Source: Nitrososphaeraceae archaeon
Lineage (GTDB): Archaea > Thermoproteota > Nitrososphaeria > Nitrososphaerales > Nitrososphaeraceae
Reading direction: 5' to 3'
DNA length: 22,450 nt
Assembly (NCBI GenBank): GCA_035297365.1
Contig: DATGZA010000002.1
Coordinates: 1 to 22,450, forward strand
Shown here piece by piece: positions 1 to 9,815 of the stretch. The notes below the pieces were generated by a model that was not told where the DNA came from, made no database searches, and was given only the letters and a program-made list of their open reading frames with translations. Position 1 is the first letter of the stretch; every line of letters begins with the position of its first letter. Both the position numbers and the translations under genes were made by a program.

Positions 1-3000
1 TAGAAACAGGCTTATCCTTCAGAGGGATTTCACCTATAAATTCCCCAGTAGCATTTAATTTAAAAATACTATTGGTTTCTTCATCAGCAACATATAATAT
101 ATCTAATTCTGGATCGACTGCAATAGAAATTGGGGAAGTAATATTCTTACTTGAATCTTCAAGAGATATTAAGGAATCTTCGGACATTTTAAATTTATTC
201 GTATCTATAATGAGAATCTTTCTTTTATTTTCATCTAATATGTACAGCTTTTTATTATTTGGAGAAATTGTTATAGAAGAGGGATAGTATGATTTCAGAT
301 CAAGATTTGTTAAATTACTGTTTTCCAGATCGATCCTTGAAATAAAATTTTTGTCGGGAGAAGAATTAGAAACATAAACATATTTAGAATCGCTTTCTAT
401 ATCCTTTGCTTCAGAAGGAATTATTGAATACTTTTCCCAATCTTTTAAGACTTGTTCTGTATTAGCAATTTGTACTTTTTTCGAATTTACATAGACAAGT
501 ATTTTACTGTCTTCATTAAAAATGGAGTTAGTTGTGTGTAGTGTATCATCCAGAATTTTGTACATAGTATTAGTGTAGCTACTTGTTACATAGATATCAC
601 CAGTAACAATGTCAATATCAATAGAATTTGGATAATTGCCGACTTTTATATTTTTTAAAATCTTGTTAGAAACGGTATCTATGATAGACACTGTACCAGA
701 TTTTTCATTTACTACATAAAGCCTATCAGTTAGAAAATTAATGGCAAGATCAGTAGGTGATTTATAGGCTCCTGCTATTTCTTTAGATATCATAACAGTA
801 TCAAAGGTGGTTATGGTATCCGAATCTTTATTGGCGATATAGATATTTCCAGTTTTCTGATTGATTGCTATTGATGAAGGAAATACGCCTGTCCACAAAT
901 CAGGAAAATCTTTCAAAATCTTTTCATAAGTATATCCATCTAATTCTAAAACTTCATTTTCTAGAGGATCATTGAGATAAATCCGATTAAACATCTCATC
1001 AACGTTAATTGAATTCGCCGATAATCCCACAGAAATATTTGCTATTGGTTTCAAGGTATATAGATCATATACTTTTAACATATTGTTTCCTGATACTAAA
1101 AGACGAGAATAAAATTCATCTATAAAAATTGATAAAGGTTGATAACCAAGGGTGATATTCTTTGTATTTTGGAATTCATGTGTGTAAAAATTATAGTTGT
1201 ATATCGAAATATTGTCTGAATGTTTATATGCTATATATATATCACCAGTAATCTGATCTATATCAAAATGCGATACATCACTTACTTTAATTTCTGTAGG
1301 AAAAGACTTTTGTTTGGAAAATACGTTAATGAATTGCGATTGAAGGTTACTAACATAAACATCCCCGGTATATTGATCTATTTTAACTTCGTGGGGATTT
1401 TTTCCAGTTTGAATACTTTTGACCGGATAAGAAACATCATTTGGTAGAAACATTTTTGGATCGTATGACGATATCTTGTCATATTCTGAAGATGCTATGT
1501 AAATAATACCTTTGTTAGTATTTACAGCAACTGTTCCGGCTTGATTTGTAGATCCTTGAATGGAAATTGTACCTACGGGAAAAATATTTGACGTTTTTGT
1601 ATCTATAACTGATATTTTGTTATCCTTATCGGGCACATATAAAAATTCGTTGTTTTTGCTATCTTCATAATAAGCGGCAGCCAATGGATTTCTTCCCACT
1701 GAGATAGTATTGATAACCTTATGATGATATTTGTTAGTTGAGTTACCATCTATACCTAGGACAGAAACTGTATCAGAAAGTGAATTCACTACAAATATTT
1801 TACTTTTGTCATTTGTTTCGTTTTGTACTACAATATCATTTGGCCCATTCCCAACTATCAGGTTTTGTATAACAGAGTCATTTCTGCTATCTATTATAGA
1901 CACACTATCATCATCATAATGAGCAACATAAACCAAACCATTATAAGGATTTACAGCTATCTCAAGAGGAGATATATTTACGGTTATATTCTTTAATATT
2001 CTGCCATTATAATCTAAAATAGATACCGTACCATTAGTAACAGAATCATCAATATTATTATCCATATTTGATACGTATATTTTATTATTAATAGTGTCCA
2101 AACCCATAGAGTACGAACCAAATCCCCCTGTTAAATTCTCGGTTGATTTATTTGTTAATGTATTTATAATAGTTATGGAGCTCGGACCATCAATCACGTC
2201 TCCAGATTTAGAAAGATTTGTATTTACGACAAATACTTTATGTTCATTGTCATCGAATGCAATTTCGTTTGGCCAAGCACCCACATTTATATTATTCACA
2301 TTATTTTTAATTGTGTCTATAATAGATATTGAGTTATTCTTAGTATTTGTTACATAAAGAATAGAATTCTTTCTGTCAAATGCCATACCAAACGGATCGC
2401 TCCCTACCTCATAATGATCACCGCCTTGTATGTATTTATCAAAATAAATCGGCTTTTGATCACCCGGTAGTATGTTTTTGTCAATATAAATTGGCTTTAT
2501 TGTATTATTGGCTCGCAAATGAATAAATAAAATGTTATTTTCATCATCCACCATCATCTTCCCAATACTTGTTCCACTAATTTTCATCTTTGAAAATTTG
2601 TTTATATCTTGTACACTTTTATCTGGTTCGATTACATGTATGGTTCGAGTGTCAGGCACAGCAACAAAAGTACTGCTATTCTCCTCTCTAAAACCAATAT
2701 ATGCATTTCGTAAATCTTTGAAAGGAATCTTTTTTAAATTTAAATTTTTATCTTTCAATTTAGTTAGATCCGTTGTATCTAGAACAATTAGATCTTGGTA
2801 ATACTTATTATGAATCATCAATTGATTTGTAGGTTCATTAAAAATTACATCACCTGGAATGAAATTTGACTCTCCTAATTCAAGGTCTGGTATAAAATAT
2901 GACTCGCCTCTTTTAATGTCTTTAATTCCTTCTGCCCCAATTGTTTTTAGATTTGCAGGAGTAATATTAGAAACACCATTTCTAAGAAATAAAGATAGTG

Positions 3001-5074
3001 TAGCAGAATCTGAATTAATCAAAAAAATTCTATTATTATCCTTCTCAAGTGCGATGGCTGCTGGTTCGTATAATAGATTGATTACCTCCTTATTTTTAAA
3101 TATAGTGTCAGAAGAATTTTTATATCCAAATATTAGAAGATTATTCGGTTTTTTAGTTGATATGTACAAATAATTATCGTCAAATTTCAGATCGGTTGGA
3201 GAGCCAAAGCCTATTAGAGGTATCGTTCTATTATTATTAATACCATCCTCTTCCTTAAAAAAAGTGATTCCCTTCTTTCCTGATTTATCTGCAACAAAAA
3301 CAAAAGTCAAGTCTTTCTTATTATCATGTATTAACTTTATTGGATTTTCACTAATTTTTATTGTCTTTGTTGGTGGTTCAACAGGGAGCATCTCGAAAAA
3401 TGCATTCATCCAGGGATGCAGTGAACGAATATAATCCCATTTATCTTTTCGTATGTCATAAGTAACGAATTGTCGTTCTTTAGTAATGTAATAAAGTTTT
3501 TCATTACCATTTTCTAGGTCAATGGTCCAGTCTACTGTACTCTCCGGAATTACTATGGGAGGATATTCCGTAAAAGTAATTGTATTGTAATAAACTAGCG
3601 CTCCAAAATAAGCTGCAGCAAGGCCGACGGCTAGGAAAAGTGCTATTAGTTTATAGGTCTTGGTCTGTTTTTTTGTTTCTAAAATTTGCTGTCTTTGCTC
3701 TTGTGTAATAGTTGAAAAATAAGATGTAATAGAGTCTTTTACGATCCTTCTTTTTTCATTATTTTCTAGGCAATCAATAATTTGTAATAAAATATTCTTT
3801 TCATTTCTATTATTGGATATTTTTGATTCTTCTATAAAATATTTAATAGAATTAAAATTCCAAAAATTGGAGTCGATATTTGAAGGATCGAATTCTTTAC
3901 TCTCAAAAAACTTATGGAAACTGATCAATCCAACATTGTCATTTGATTCATCTAAATCAAGAAAATTAGAGCACAATATTAGGAATTCATAGATTTTCTT
4001 ATATCGTCCATCATTAGATGAGAATTCATTAATTTCTTTAAGTATCTTTTTACTTCCCAGGGTATTATTTGTCTTAATTAAATCTTCAGATAACATCAAC
4101 TTGAACCGAATGTTATTATTTTGATCCAACTCTACAATTTTTTTCGATACTAGTAATGCCTCCTCAAAATTAAAATAATTAGGGTAATTTGAATAAATCG
4201 ACCGTAACTTTTCCAAAGTTGAAATTCTCTTTTCTTCTGTTCCTTCAGTTTTTTCGTAAATGCTCAGGACTTTCTTATATTCGTCTTCCGCCTCTTTGAG
4301 ACGTTCGAGAAAAAGTAATGCGTTACCTTTGTAATATCTACTGTCAGCATCCGTACCTACTTTCTGTTTTATAGATATAATCTGGTCAAATAATTTTATT
4401 GCTTTATTATATTGTCCTAGTGATATAGAAGCATTACCTAGATAGGAGAGAGCCTTAACATTGTTGGGGTCGAGCTCTATGTACTTTTCAAATGCAGGTA
4501 TTGATTCTTCATACTCTTTTAAATTATAAAGTGCAAGAGCCTTTAAATACATACCATATCTATTGTTTGGTTCGATTGTCAGAATTTGTTCAACGGGTTT
4601 AAGTGATTCTTTGTAATCTCCAGATTTCTGAAAAGATAATACTTCCTCAGTCAGTTTTTTTATTCTATTTGAATATGCTTCTTGGGCAAGGGCATAAAAT
4701 CTTTCTGCCTCCTCAGGACGATTCAAATAGTCTAATGCGGTAGCCCTGCTAGTATATGCATCAGCCACATATTCCTGTTTTAGGTTAATGACTGAATCAA
4801 ATAGAGATAGTGATTCCTCATAGTTTCCCATGGATAAGTGTGCCAGACCCTTATTGTACAAGGCATGACTGGAAGACGGAGAGACTTCCAATATCAAATC
4901 ATAAATTTTATCTGCATATTCATAATATCCTTTGCCGAGTAAAAGATCTGCTAGTGCAATTAACGAATCGGAACTAAAGTTTTGATCCCGGGTGTTATTA
5001 ACTTTTAGTACAATTTCGTTATCGTTATTAGAAATAGCTACTATTTTGTCTAGCAGGTTGTCTATATCTGTCAT
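1..5074 (-). CDS. Large TPR / single-TM / YVTN beta-propeller repeat membrane protein (receptor 1), >1690 aa, 3' end outside the window
   Basis: Not in the ORF track; sampled segments translated by hand. ATG at 5074-5072 overlaps the caspase TGA (ATGA). Begins MTDIDNLLDKIVAIS..., TPRs (HALYNKGLAHLSMGNYEESLSLFDSVI; SRYYKGNALLFLERLKEAEDEYKKVL), TM at ~3587-3649 (KKQTKTYK-LIALFLAVGLAAAYFGALVYY), then YVTN blades (VGSDPFGMAFDRKNSILYVTNTKNNSISIIDT; SPISIAVDPELDILYVADEETNSI). All sampled segments are in one frame down to position 2, and the track reports no closed ORF here, consistent with no internal stop. Confidence 0.92.
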   Translation of the reverse strand, partial: MTDIDNLLDKIVAISNNDNEIVLKVNNTRDQNFSSDSLIALADLLLGKGYYEYADKIYDLILEVSPSSSHALYNKGLAHLSMGNYEESLSLFDSVINLKQEYVADAYTSRATALDYLNRPEEAERFYALAQEAYSNRIKKLTEEVLSFQKSGDYKESLKPVEQILTIEPNNRYGMYLKALALYNLKEYEESIPAFEKYIELDPNNVKALSYLGNASISLGQYNKAIKLFDQIISIKQKVGTDADSRYYKGNALLFLERLKEAEDEYKKVLSIYEKTEGTEEKRISTLEKLRSIYSNYPNYFNFEEALLVSKKIVELDQNNNIRFKLMLSEDLIKTNNTLGSKKILKEINEFSSNDGRYKKIYEFLILCSNFLDLDESNDNVGLISFHKFFESKEFDPSNIDSNFWNFNSIKYFIEESKISNNRNEKNILLQIIDCLENNEKRRIVKDSITSYFSTITQEQRQQILETKKQTKTYKLIALFLAVGLAAAYFGALVYYNTITFTEYPPIVIPESTVDWTIDLENGNEKLYYITKERQFVTYDIRKDKWDYIRSLHPWMNAFFEMLPVEPPTKTIKISENPIKLIHDNKKDLTFVFVADKSGKKGITFFKEEDGINNNRTIPLIGFGSPTDLKFDDNYLYISTKKPNNLLIFGYKNSSDTIFKNKEVINLLYEPAAIALEKDNNRIFLINSDSATLSLFLRNGVSNITPANLKTIGAEGIKDIKRGESYFIPDLELGESNFIPGDVIFNEPTNQLMIHNKYYQDLIVLDTTDLTKLKDKNLNLKKIPFKDLRNAYIGFREENSSTFVAVPDTRTIHVIEPDKSVQDINKFSKMKISGTSIGKMMVDDENNILFIHLRANNTIKPIYIDKNILPGDQKPIYFDKYIQGGDHYEVGSDPFGMAFDRKNSILYVTNTKNNSISIIDTIKNNVNNINVGAWPNEIAFDDNEHKVFVVNTNLSKSGDVIDGPSSITIINTLTNKSTENLTGGFGSYSMGLDTINNKIYVSNMDNNIDDSVTNGTVSILDYNGRILKNITVNISPLEIAVNPYNGLVYVAHYDDDSVSIIDSRNDSVIQNLIVGNGPNDIVVQNETNDKSKIFVVNSLSDTVSVLGIDGNSTNKYHHKVINTISVGRNPLAAAYYEDSKNNEFLYVPDKDNKISVIDTKTSNIFPVGTISIQGSTNQAGTVAVNTNKGIIYIASSEYDKISSYDPKMFLPNDVSYPVKSIQTGKNPHEVKIDQYTGDVYVSNLQSQFINVFSKQKSFPTEIKVSDVSHFDIDQITGDIYIAYKHSDNISIYNYNFYTHEFQNTKNITLGYQPLSIFIDEFYSRLLVSGNNMLKVYDLYTLKPIANISVGLSANSINVDEMFNRIYLNDPLENEVLELDGYTYEKILKDFPDLWTGVFPSSIAINQKTGNIYIANKDSDTITTFDTVMISKEIAGAYKSPTDLAINFLTDRLYVVNEKSGTVSIIDTVSNKILKNIKVGNYPNSIDIDIVTGDIYVTSSYTNTMYKILDDTLHTTNSIFNEDSKILVYVNSKKVQIANTEQVLKDWEKYSIIPSEAKDIESDSKYVYVSNSSPDKNFISRIDLENSNLTNLDLKSYYPSSITISPNNKKLYILDENKRKILIIDTNKFKMSEDSLISLEDSSKNITSPISIAVDPELDILYVADEETNSIFKLNATGEFIGEIPLKDKPVS

Positions 5075-6405
5075 GATGATGTTGTTCCGATCATTCTTTT
5101 ATATGTCTGATATGCGGGTTTTAATCTTCTTAATAAAATTATTAACTTTGGATCTTTGTCATTTGCATAACCATTTTTAATCTTAACCTGCTCTCCAACA
5201 ATACTCAAAATTGACTTGATAGCATCAGTTTTATTATTAACAATTGTGTCCAGATTGAGTTCACTCACATAGTTAAGGAAATTCTCTATAAGACCACGAT
5301 CTTTAAGTTCCTCTTCTATCTTGATTTTCACATCATCAGGAAGAAGACTACCCCAAGTAAGTACTCCATCAACATACATATCTATTTTAGAGGATATAAG
5401 ATCATTAAAAGAAGGTATTTGTGGATTATCAGGTTTTTGGGATTTCAATTCCTTCAATTTTTTTGCGCAATCTGAAATATATGATATTGAAGGAAAGGAA
5501 GAATCCCCTTCAGGAAATCTTTCCTTGATTGTTTTTTCCAGACTGGTGATATAATAATCAAATTTATCTACAGACAAGGCAATTCTTATAGCAGGCAGGT
5601 TTGAACCTTCACTAACATTAATGTATGAATTTTGTTTCTTGTCATCGGCAAGTTTTTGATTTATGTATTGTTGGAGATTAAATAATGTAATTTCACCACT
5701 TGTTTCATCGGCTGCACCACCTCGTAACCCTTCAATGAAATAATATGTAAATGCACCATGTGGGTGAGGTTCTTTATCATCGCCATAATGGGTGCAGTTT
5801 TTCTTCTCGTATGATACCTGGTCGTTTGCACTGGATGATATGATAAATTTACCAGTACCATAATTTCTGTCTTTTATATTTCCAATATTTCTATCAAGAA
5901 GAGGTGTTAAATCTTTGATTGTCTCTCCTCCTCTTGTATCCTCTGTAGCTACTCCCGAGTAACAACAATCGAGAACAATTATTGCATTTCTCTTGTTTTC
6001 TGATGAGTAGATCTGGTTTCGGAGATCATCTACTTTTATTCCTCCGACATAAGGATCCTTTTTCTTTACTTCATATGTAGATAGATAAAGATCGTTTTTT
6101 TTATCAACAAATCCATGACCTGAAAAATAAAATAAGGCAATATCAAATTCTTCATCCTGTCTAAAAACCTCAGAAATTCTATCAAGGATATCTCTGTGGT
6201 TTGCTTGCTCATTGATTAATAAGTTTTTATCTTCATTTACAAAACCTGCCGCCTGCGAGGTTAACAGTTCAAAGAGTTCTTTGGCATCGTGTTCGGCCCC
6301 TTCTAACTTCGTAATTTCTTTGTCATCGTATTTATCTATACCAACTACTATAGCTACTTTTTTACCTGCTTTGATGTCTGCAGTTGTATCTCCCAAATCA
6401 TTCAT
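5071..6405 (-). CDS. Caspase-family (C14, orthocaspase/metacaspase-like) protease 1 with ~160-aa C-terminal unknown domain
   Basis: KVAIVVGIDKY...LEGAEHDA, catalytic His in FYFSGHG and Cys in IVLDCCYSG, then HGAFTYYFIEGLRG. ATG at 6405 chosen; the ORF track uses TTG at 6414. Confidence 0.95.
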   Translation of the reverse strand: MNDLGDTTADIKAGKKVAIVVGIDKYDDKEITKLEGAEHDAKELFELLTSQAAGFVNEDKNLLINEQANHRDILDRISEVFRQDEEFDIALFYFSGHGFVDKKNDLYLSTYEVKKKDPYVGGIKVDDLRNQIYSSENKRNAIIVLDCCYSGVATEDTRGGETIKDLTPLLDRNIGNIKDRNYGTGKFIISSSANDQVSYEKKNCTHYGDDKEPHPHGAFTYYFIEGLRGGAADETSGEITLFNLQQYINQKLADDKKQNSYINVSEGSNLPAIRIALSVDKFDYYITSLEKTIKERFPEGDSSFPSISYISDCAKKLKELKSQKPDNPQIPSFNDLISSKIDMYVDGVLTWGSLLPDDVKIKIEEELKDRGLIENFLNYVSELNLDTIVNNKTDAIKSILSIVGEQVKIKNGYANDKDPKLIILLRRLKPAYQTYKRMIGTTSS

Positions 6406-6896
6406 CTCACGCAAAATGAAATGGCTGACCCATAAATCAAAGTCAGTAAAAATATGAAATTTTTATTAGATATTACTATACCATCATTATAAGACATAGA
6501 ACTTAACAAGTCATGTCGTAGCGAGAGTACTCTATATTTTGATATGGTACTTCCTATGACTTTAACAATGTAGGCAGAATAGAATTTTTTTACAAAATAC
6601 AATAGAAGATTAATAAAATAGTCTAATAAAGAAATCACGTTTAACATCTATGTGTATTATCATCTTTACATTTTAGTGATTTTCTATTTATAGATTTTGG
6701 TAATATAAAAAAATAAGAAGTTTTTACAAATCGAAGAAGTCTATTTTGTCTCCAGCTAGAAGTTGTATTTTTTCAACTTTTGGCATACGTTGTACACATA
6801 TCATAGATCAGATGTATCAATATATGATGGATCTCTTGCGCAGTTATACCACATCTACGTCTCATTCTTAATCCCGATATGCTCAATCACCGGAAT

Positions 6897-7162
6897 ACAC
6901 TATTCTTCATTACACAGGATTTCACAAGACATGATAAAAATTCTGAAATATGAATATCTTTGTAGTCTGTTCATATTGCGTACCCATTATAGAATTTCTA
7001 TATCTTGTAGATGATATAGTTTATTATACTTCGCTTATTGGAATGGTTTATTTTTGTTATAATATTTTTCTTCCACAGTCAATTCAACATTTCTTTTCTT
7101 CGTTAATGGTAGACTATACTTTACAGTGGAAAACTTTTTCACATCCCAAATATTCCTAAATC
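6897..7162 (-). pseudogene. Decayed C-terminal fragment of an IS5-like (ISL2 / DDE_Tnp_4 type) transposase
   Basis: Joined across frameshifts: DLG/YLGCEK/FSTVKYSLPLTKKRNVELTVEEKYYNKN/HSNKRSIINYIIYKI*KF/NRLQRYS/ISEFLSCLVKSCVM. This resembles, from memory, the DLGYLG..K.FP...LP.KKKR..EL..EEK.YN..HSK.R...EH.I.R.KKF...NRL.RY...SG.VN end of this family. Recognised by eye only. Confidence 0.6.
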
Positions 7163-7454
7163 AAGATTTCGTGCACCTACTTTTCTTATTCTCTTTCTTT
7201 TAGATAGACACTTTACTTCGTATTCCTGACATTTTGATTCTATTTCCCTGTAAATAGAATCAAAATCTGATAATTTCACTCCAGTAAAAAACGTGAACAA
7301 GATGGTTTCTTGATAAACGAGTATAATTTAACAAATCTATGAAAAATCAAGATAGAAATGAGAAATATAGCTTTAAGTTTCCTAATTACGCAAGAGATTA
7401 ATTAATTTAATATCAAGTCCTATTACAATCTATGATTGACTCATCTACCCAGAT

Positions 7455-9476
7455 TTAAAGAAATACTTTTCTTGTAGCAACAACCTCATTTGTCTTTAGA
7501 CCAACAATATCAAGCACTTTTTCGCTGACTTTTGGTCTATCAATACTTATTTTATTTGTACCATCAGTCACATTTTGAGAAAGAACCGGTCTACCGTCAA
7601 CATAAATATCAATACGAGAGACACCGAGGGTAGTAAACTCCATACCTAAAGAGCCAGCTTGATAATCTAGTACTACATCCAGCTGTCTTACCGGCATACT
7701 TGCGAGTATCTCAGACGCCTTCTTTATCAGATCCTCATTTCCCTCTAGTAGGTCTCTGCGACTCATATCATATTTGATATCGGGTGTTATTCCCAAGTCT
7801 TCTATTGGTGTTCCTGCATATTCTCCTACCCGTACGTTTCTGCGAATAGATACTCTCATGTTTGACCCAGAAGGTAATGTTTTTACTTGGTATTTTGTTC
7901 CAGCCAGAATTTGTTGTAAAAGACCGTGTTCCCAAACATTTGCACCGCCGGCTCCTGTATTTCCGTCTACTCCAAGAACCGGACCAATTTTATGATCTTG
8001 AAACCCAGCAGCAAAAAGATCTGTAGCGCTATAACATAAAGCATCTGTTACTAAAAGTACTGGACCGAAGTACTTTTGACCTAAATTATTTGCATCATCT
8101 ATTTCTGTAATAGGGAATCCTCTGGAGAAAATTGAACCTGTAACAATAGATTCTGAAAGGGCAAGCTCCCAAGGCTTTAGGAAAGGTGTTTTACGTGTCA
8201 TTTCAAGGGTAAGAGGAGAGCTTATGAATTGGAATGGTTGTGGTGTAATTTTTTTAGACGTTAGAACTTGCAGAAGACGCTCTGCCGCCGTGATGAGTCC
8301 CCCGCCATTACCTCGTACGTCAATTATAAGTCCCTTCTTTGGAAGCTGCGCCATTAACCGTAGAAATTCGTTAATAAAATCTACATCACTGTTGACCATG
8401 AACGTGAATATTCGTATATATCCTACATCTTCAGAAATTTTCTTTGCCAGAAAGACCTTTGGCATTACACTTTCAAGACCTTCTGCTTTTTCGATCAGAC
8501 TTTCGACAGATCTCGTTCTAGCTAAACGTTGATCGCGCTCCATTACGATTTGTGGTGCAAACAAAATTTGTTTCATCTGCCTAACAAGATCGGTTGTAAA
8601 ATCTAGCCCAATCTTGTATGAATAAGTCGAACTAGCAGACCTGGTATCAAATGTAACATCCTCAATGCCACGTGAATAAACCAACCAATCATGTCGATAT
8701 TCTAAATCCAGACCATCTTCAGTTCTGTAACCTATTACCACCCACTCTTCATCTGGAGGTAGGGAAGCAATGATTGGTCGAAAGGTCATAGATTCTAGCC
8801 CGCGTGCAAAACTAGCTGCTGAATTACTACCTGCATTTTTATTGGCATTAATCTCTACTGCACGTTCCATTGGTACACCATTCCAATAGGTTATGTCTAC
8901 ACCTGGTTTGAATGTAGCAGGAAAAATGTTTTTGTAATCCTCCATAGTATTTGTTACCAAGAATTGTCGTTTATTGTTTTTTACATATGATTCCACTTGG
9001 AATGGAAGAAAGGCGAAATGATCTGAAAATGGTTTAGGTAAACTATAATTTGTATGAAGATCTCTTAGCGACGTAAAGATATCTAAGATTTCTTTATGAA
9101 AATCTAATTCTGGGTTCATCTTATTTGTGGTAGTTTCATCAAGAGTGTGCTGAAGAATTCTTAGTCTTCGTATAGGGTCAACTGCATGCATTGCCCTTTT
9201 TAGAGGCAGGTGTACATAAGCTCCTTCTAACAGTATTAATGCCTGTTCGACAATTGTCTTTCGATCACCAATTGTTAATTTTCCAGTACTAGTAGAATTG
9301 AACTTGTTCAACGTTTGAATAACACCCATCTGTTCTTTTCTGGTTTCAGATAATTCTCTTTCAAATTTTTTTGCAGAATCAACACCTTGTGATGCACTAG
9401 AAATTTCCCTATTTTCTTTAGAACGAGATTTTGTCATAGATCTTTTATGTCCTCTTTTGTCTGATTTTTTGGGCAC
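7455..9476 (-). CDS. S41-family serine peptidase (CPAF/tail-specific protease-like), no signal peptide, basic N-terminal tail, small C-terminal beta-sandwich-like domain
   Basis: GYIRIFTF, LIIDVRGNGGG, DALCYSATDLF (catalytic Ser), GAGGANV, DLHTNY (His) and PIEDLGITPD (Glu), matching the CPAF-type His/Ser/Glu arrangement. GTG start sits ~22-29 bp downstream of a TATA-like box. Confidence 0.9.
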   Translation of the reverse strand: MPKKSDKRGHKRSMTKSRSKENREISSASQGVDSAKKFERELSETRKEQMGVIQTLNKFNSTSTGKLTIGDRKTIVEQALILLEGAYVHLPLKRAMHAVDPIRRLRILQHTLDETTTNKMNPELDFHKEILDIFTSLRDLHTNYSLPKPFSDHFAFLPFQVESYVKNNKRQFLVTNTMEDYKNIFPATFKPGVDITYWNGVPMERAVEINANKNAGSNSAASFARGLESMTFRPIIASLPPDEEWVVIGYRTEDGLDLEYRHDWLVYSRGIEDVTFDTRSASSTYSYKIGLDFTTDLVRQMKQILFAPQIVMERDQRLARTRSVESLIEKAEGLESVMPKVFLAKKISEDVGYIRIFTFMVNSDVDFINEFLRLMAQLPKKGLIIDVRGNGGGLITAAERLLQVLTSKKITPQPFQFISSPLTLEMTRKTPFLKPWELALSESIVTGSIFSRGFPITEIDDANNLGQKYFGPVLLVTDALCYSATDLFAAGFQDHKIGPVLGVDGNTGAGGANVWEHGLLQQILAGTKYQVKTLPSGSNMRVSIRRNVRVGEYAGTPIEDLGITPDIKYDMSRRDLLEGNEDLIKKASEILASMPVRQLDVVLDYQAGSLGMEFTTLGVSRIDIYVDGRPVLSQNVTDGTNKISIDRPKVSEKVLDIVGLKTNEVVATRKVFL

Positions 9477-9497
9477 GCTATGACATATTATTAGTCA

Positions 9498-9515
9498 CTT
9501 ATAAGATTTTTTATC
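9498..9515 (-). promoter_or_regulatory. Putative archaeal BRE/TATA promoter of the S41 gene (leaderless)
   Basis: Minus strand reads GATAAAAAAT-CTTATAAG, with the TATA-like box 22-29 bp upstream of GTG 9476. Confidence 0.45.
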
Positions 9516-9815
9516 TACTCATGGAGTAATTTCTCAAGTTGCATTTTTTAATGGTTAAAAGATGGCAAAATCCATACTCTAAGAGTGTGATCAAAGTTGC
9601 TTCAGAAAGATTTTTTCGGATAAGCTCCAATCATAACCTACTCATAAAATTTGTTAATGTTAATTTTGAATCTAGTCAGTACAGAATAATGCACTTTGCT
9701 ATAAGAATTTGATATCCTCAAATCCATTATCTGTCTTGCTAAAAACGTAAACTATAACGAATGAAAATATGTTCTATTTATAAAAATTAGCTGGCATAAA
9801 AAGAATATTCTATAA

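Noticed and set aside
72-5554. Short + strand ORFs in the track (72..287, 1220..1447, 1731..1919, 2094..2357, 2532..2801, 2859..3173, 4992..5180, 5321..5554)
   Set aside because: Antisense shadows of the long minus-strand receptor 1 and caspase 1 genes; no recognisable motifs.
6402-7159. ORFs 6402..6647(-), 6763..7014(+), 6950..7159(+) and a short minus-strand stretch AQEIHHILIHLIYDM resembling a GmhA/SIS C-terminus
   Set aside because: Low-complexity AT-rich translations; two overlap the transposase relic in antisense; the SIS resemblance is too short and lacks upstream motifs.
9481-9497. TGAC-N9-GTCA before S41 as a shared operator with CTGAC-N12-GTCAG before caspase 1
   Set aside because: Arms of only 4-5 bp with different spacing; expected by chance.
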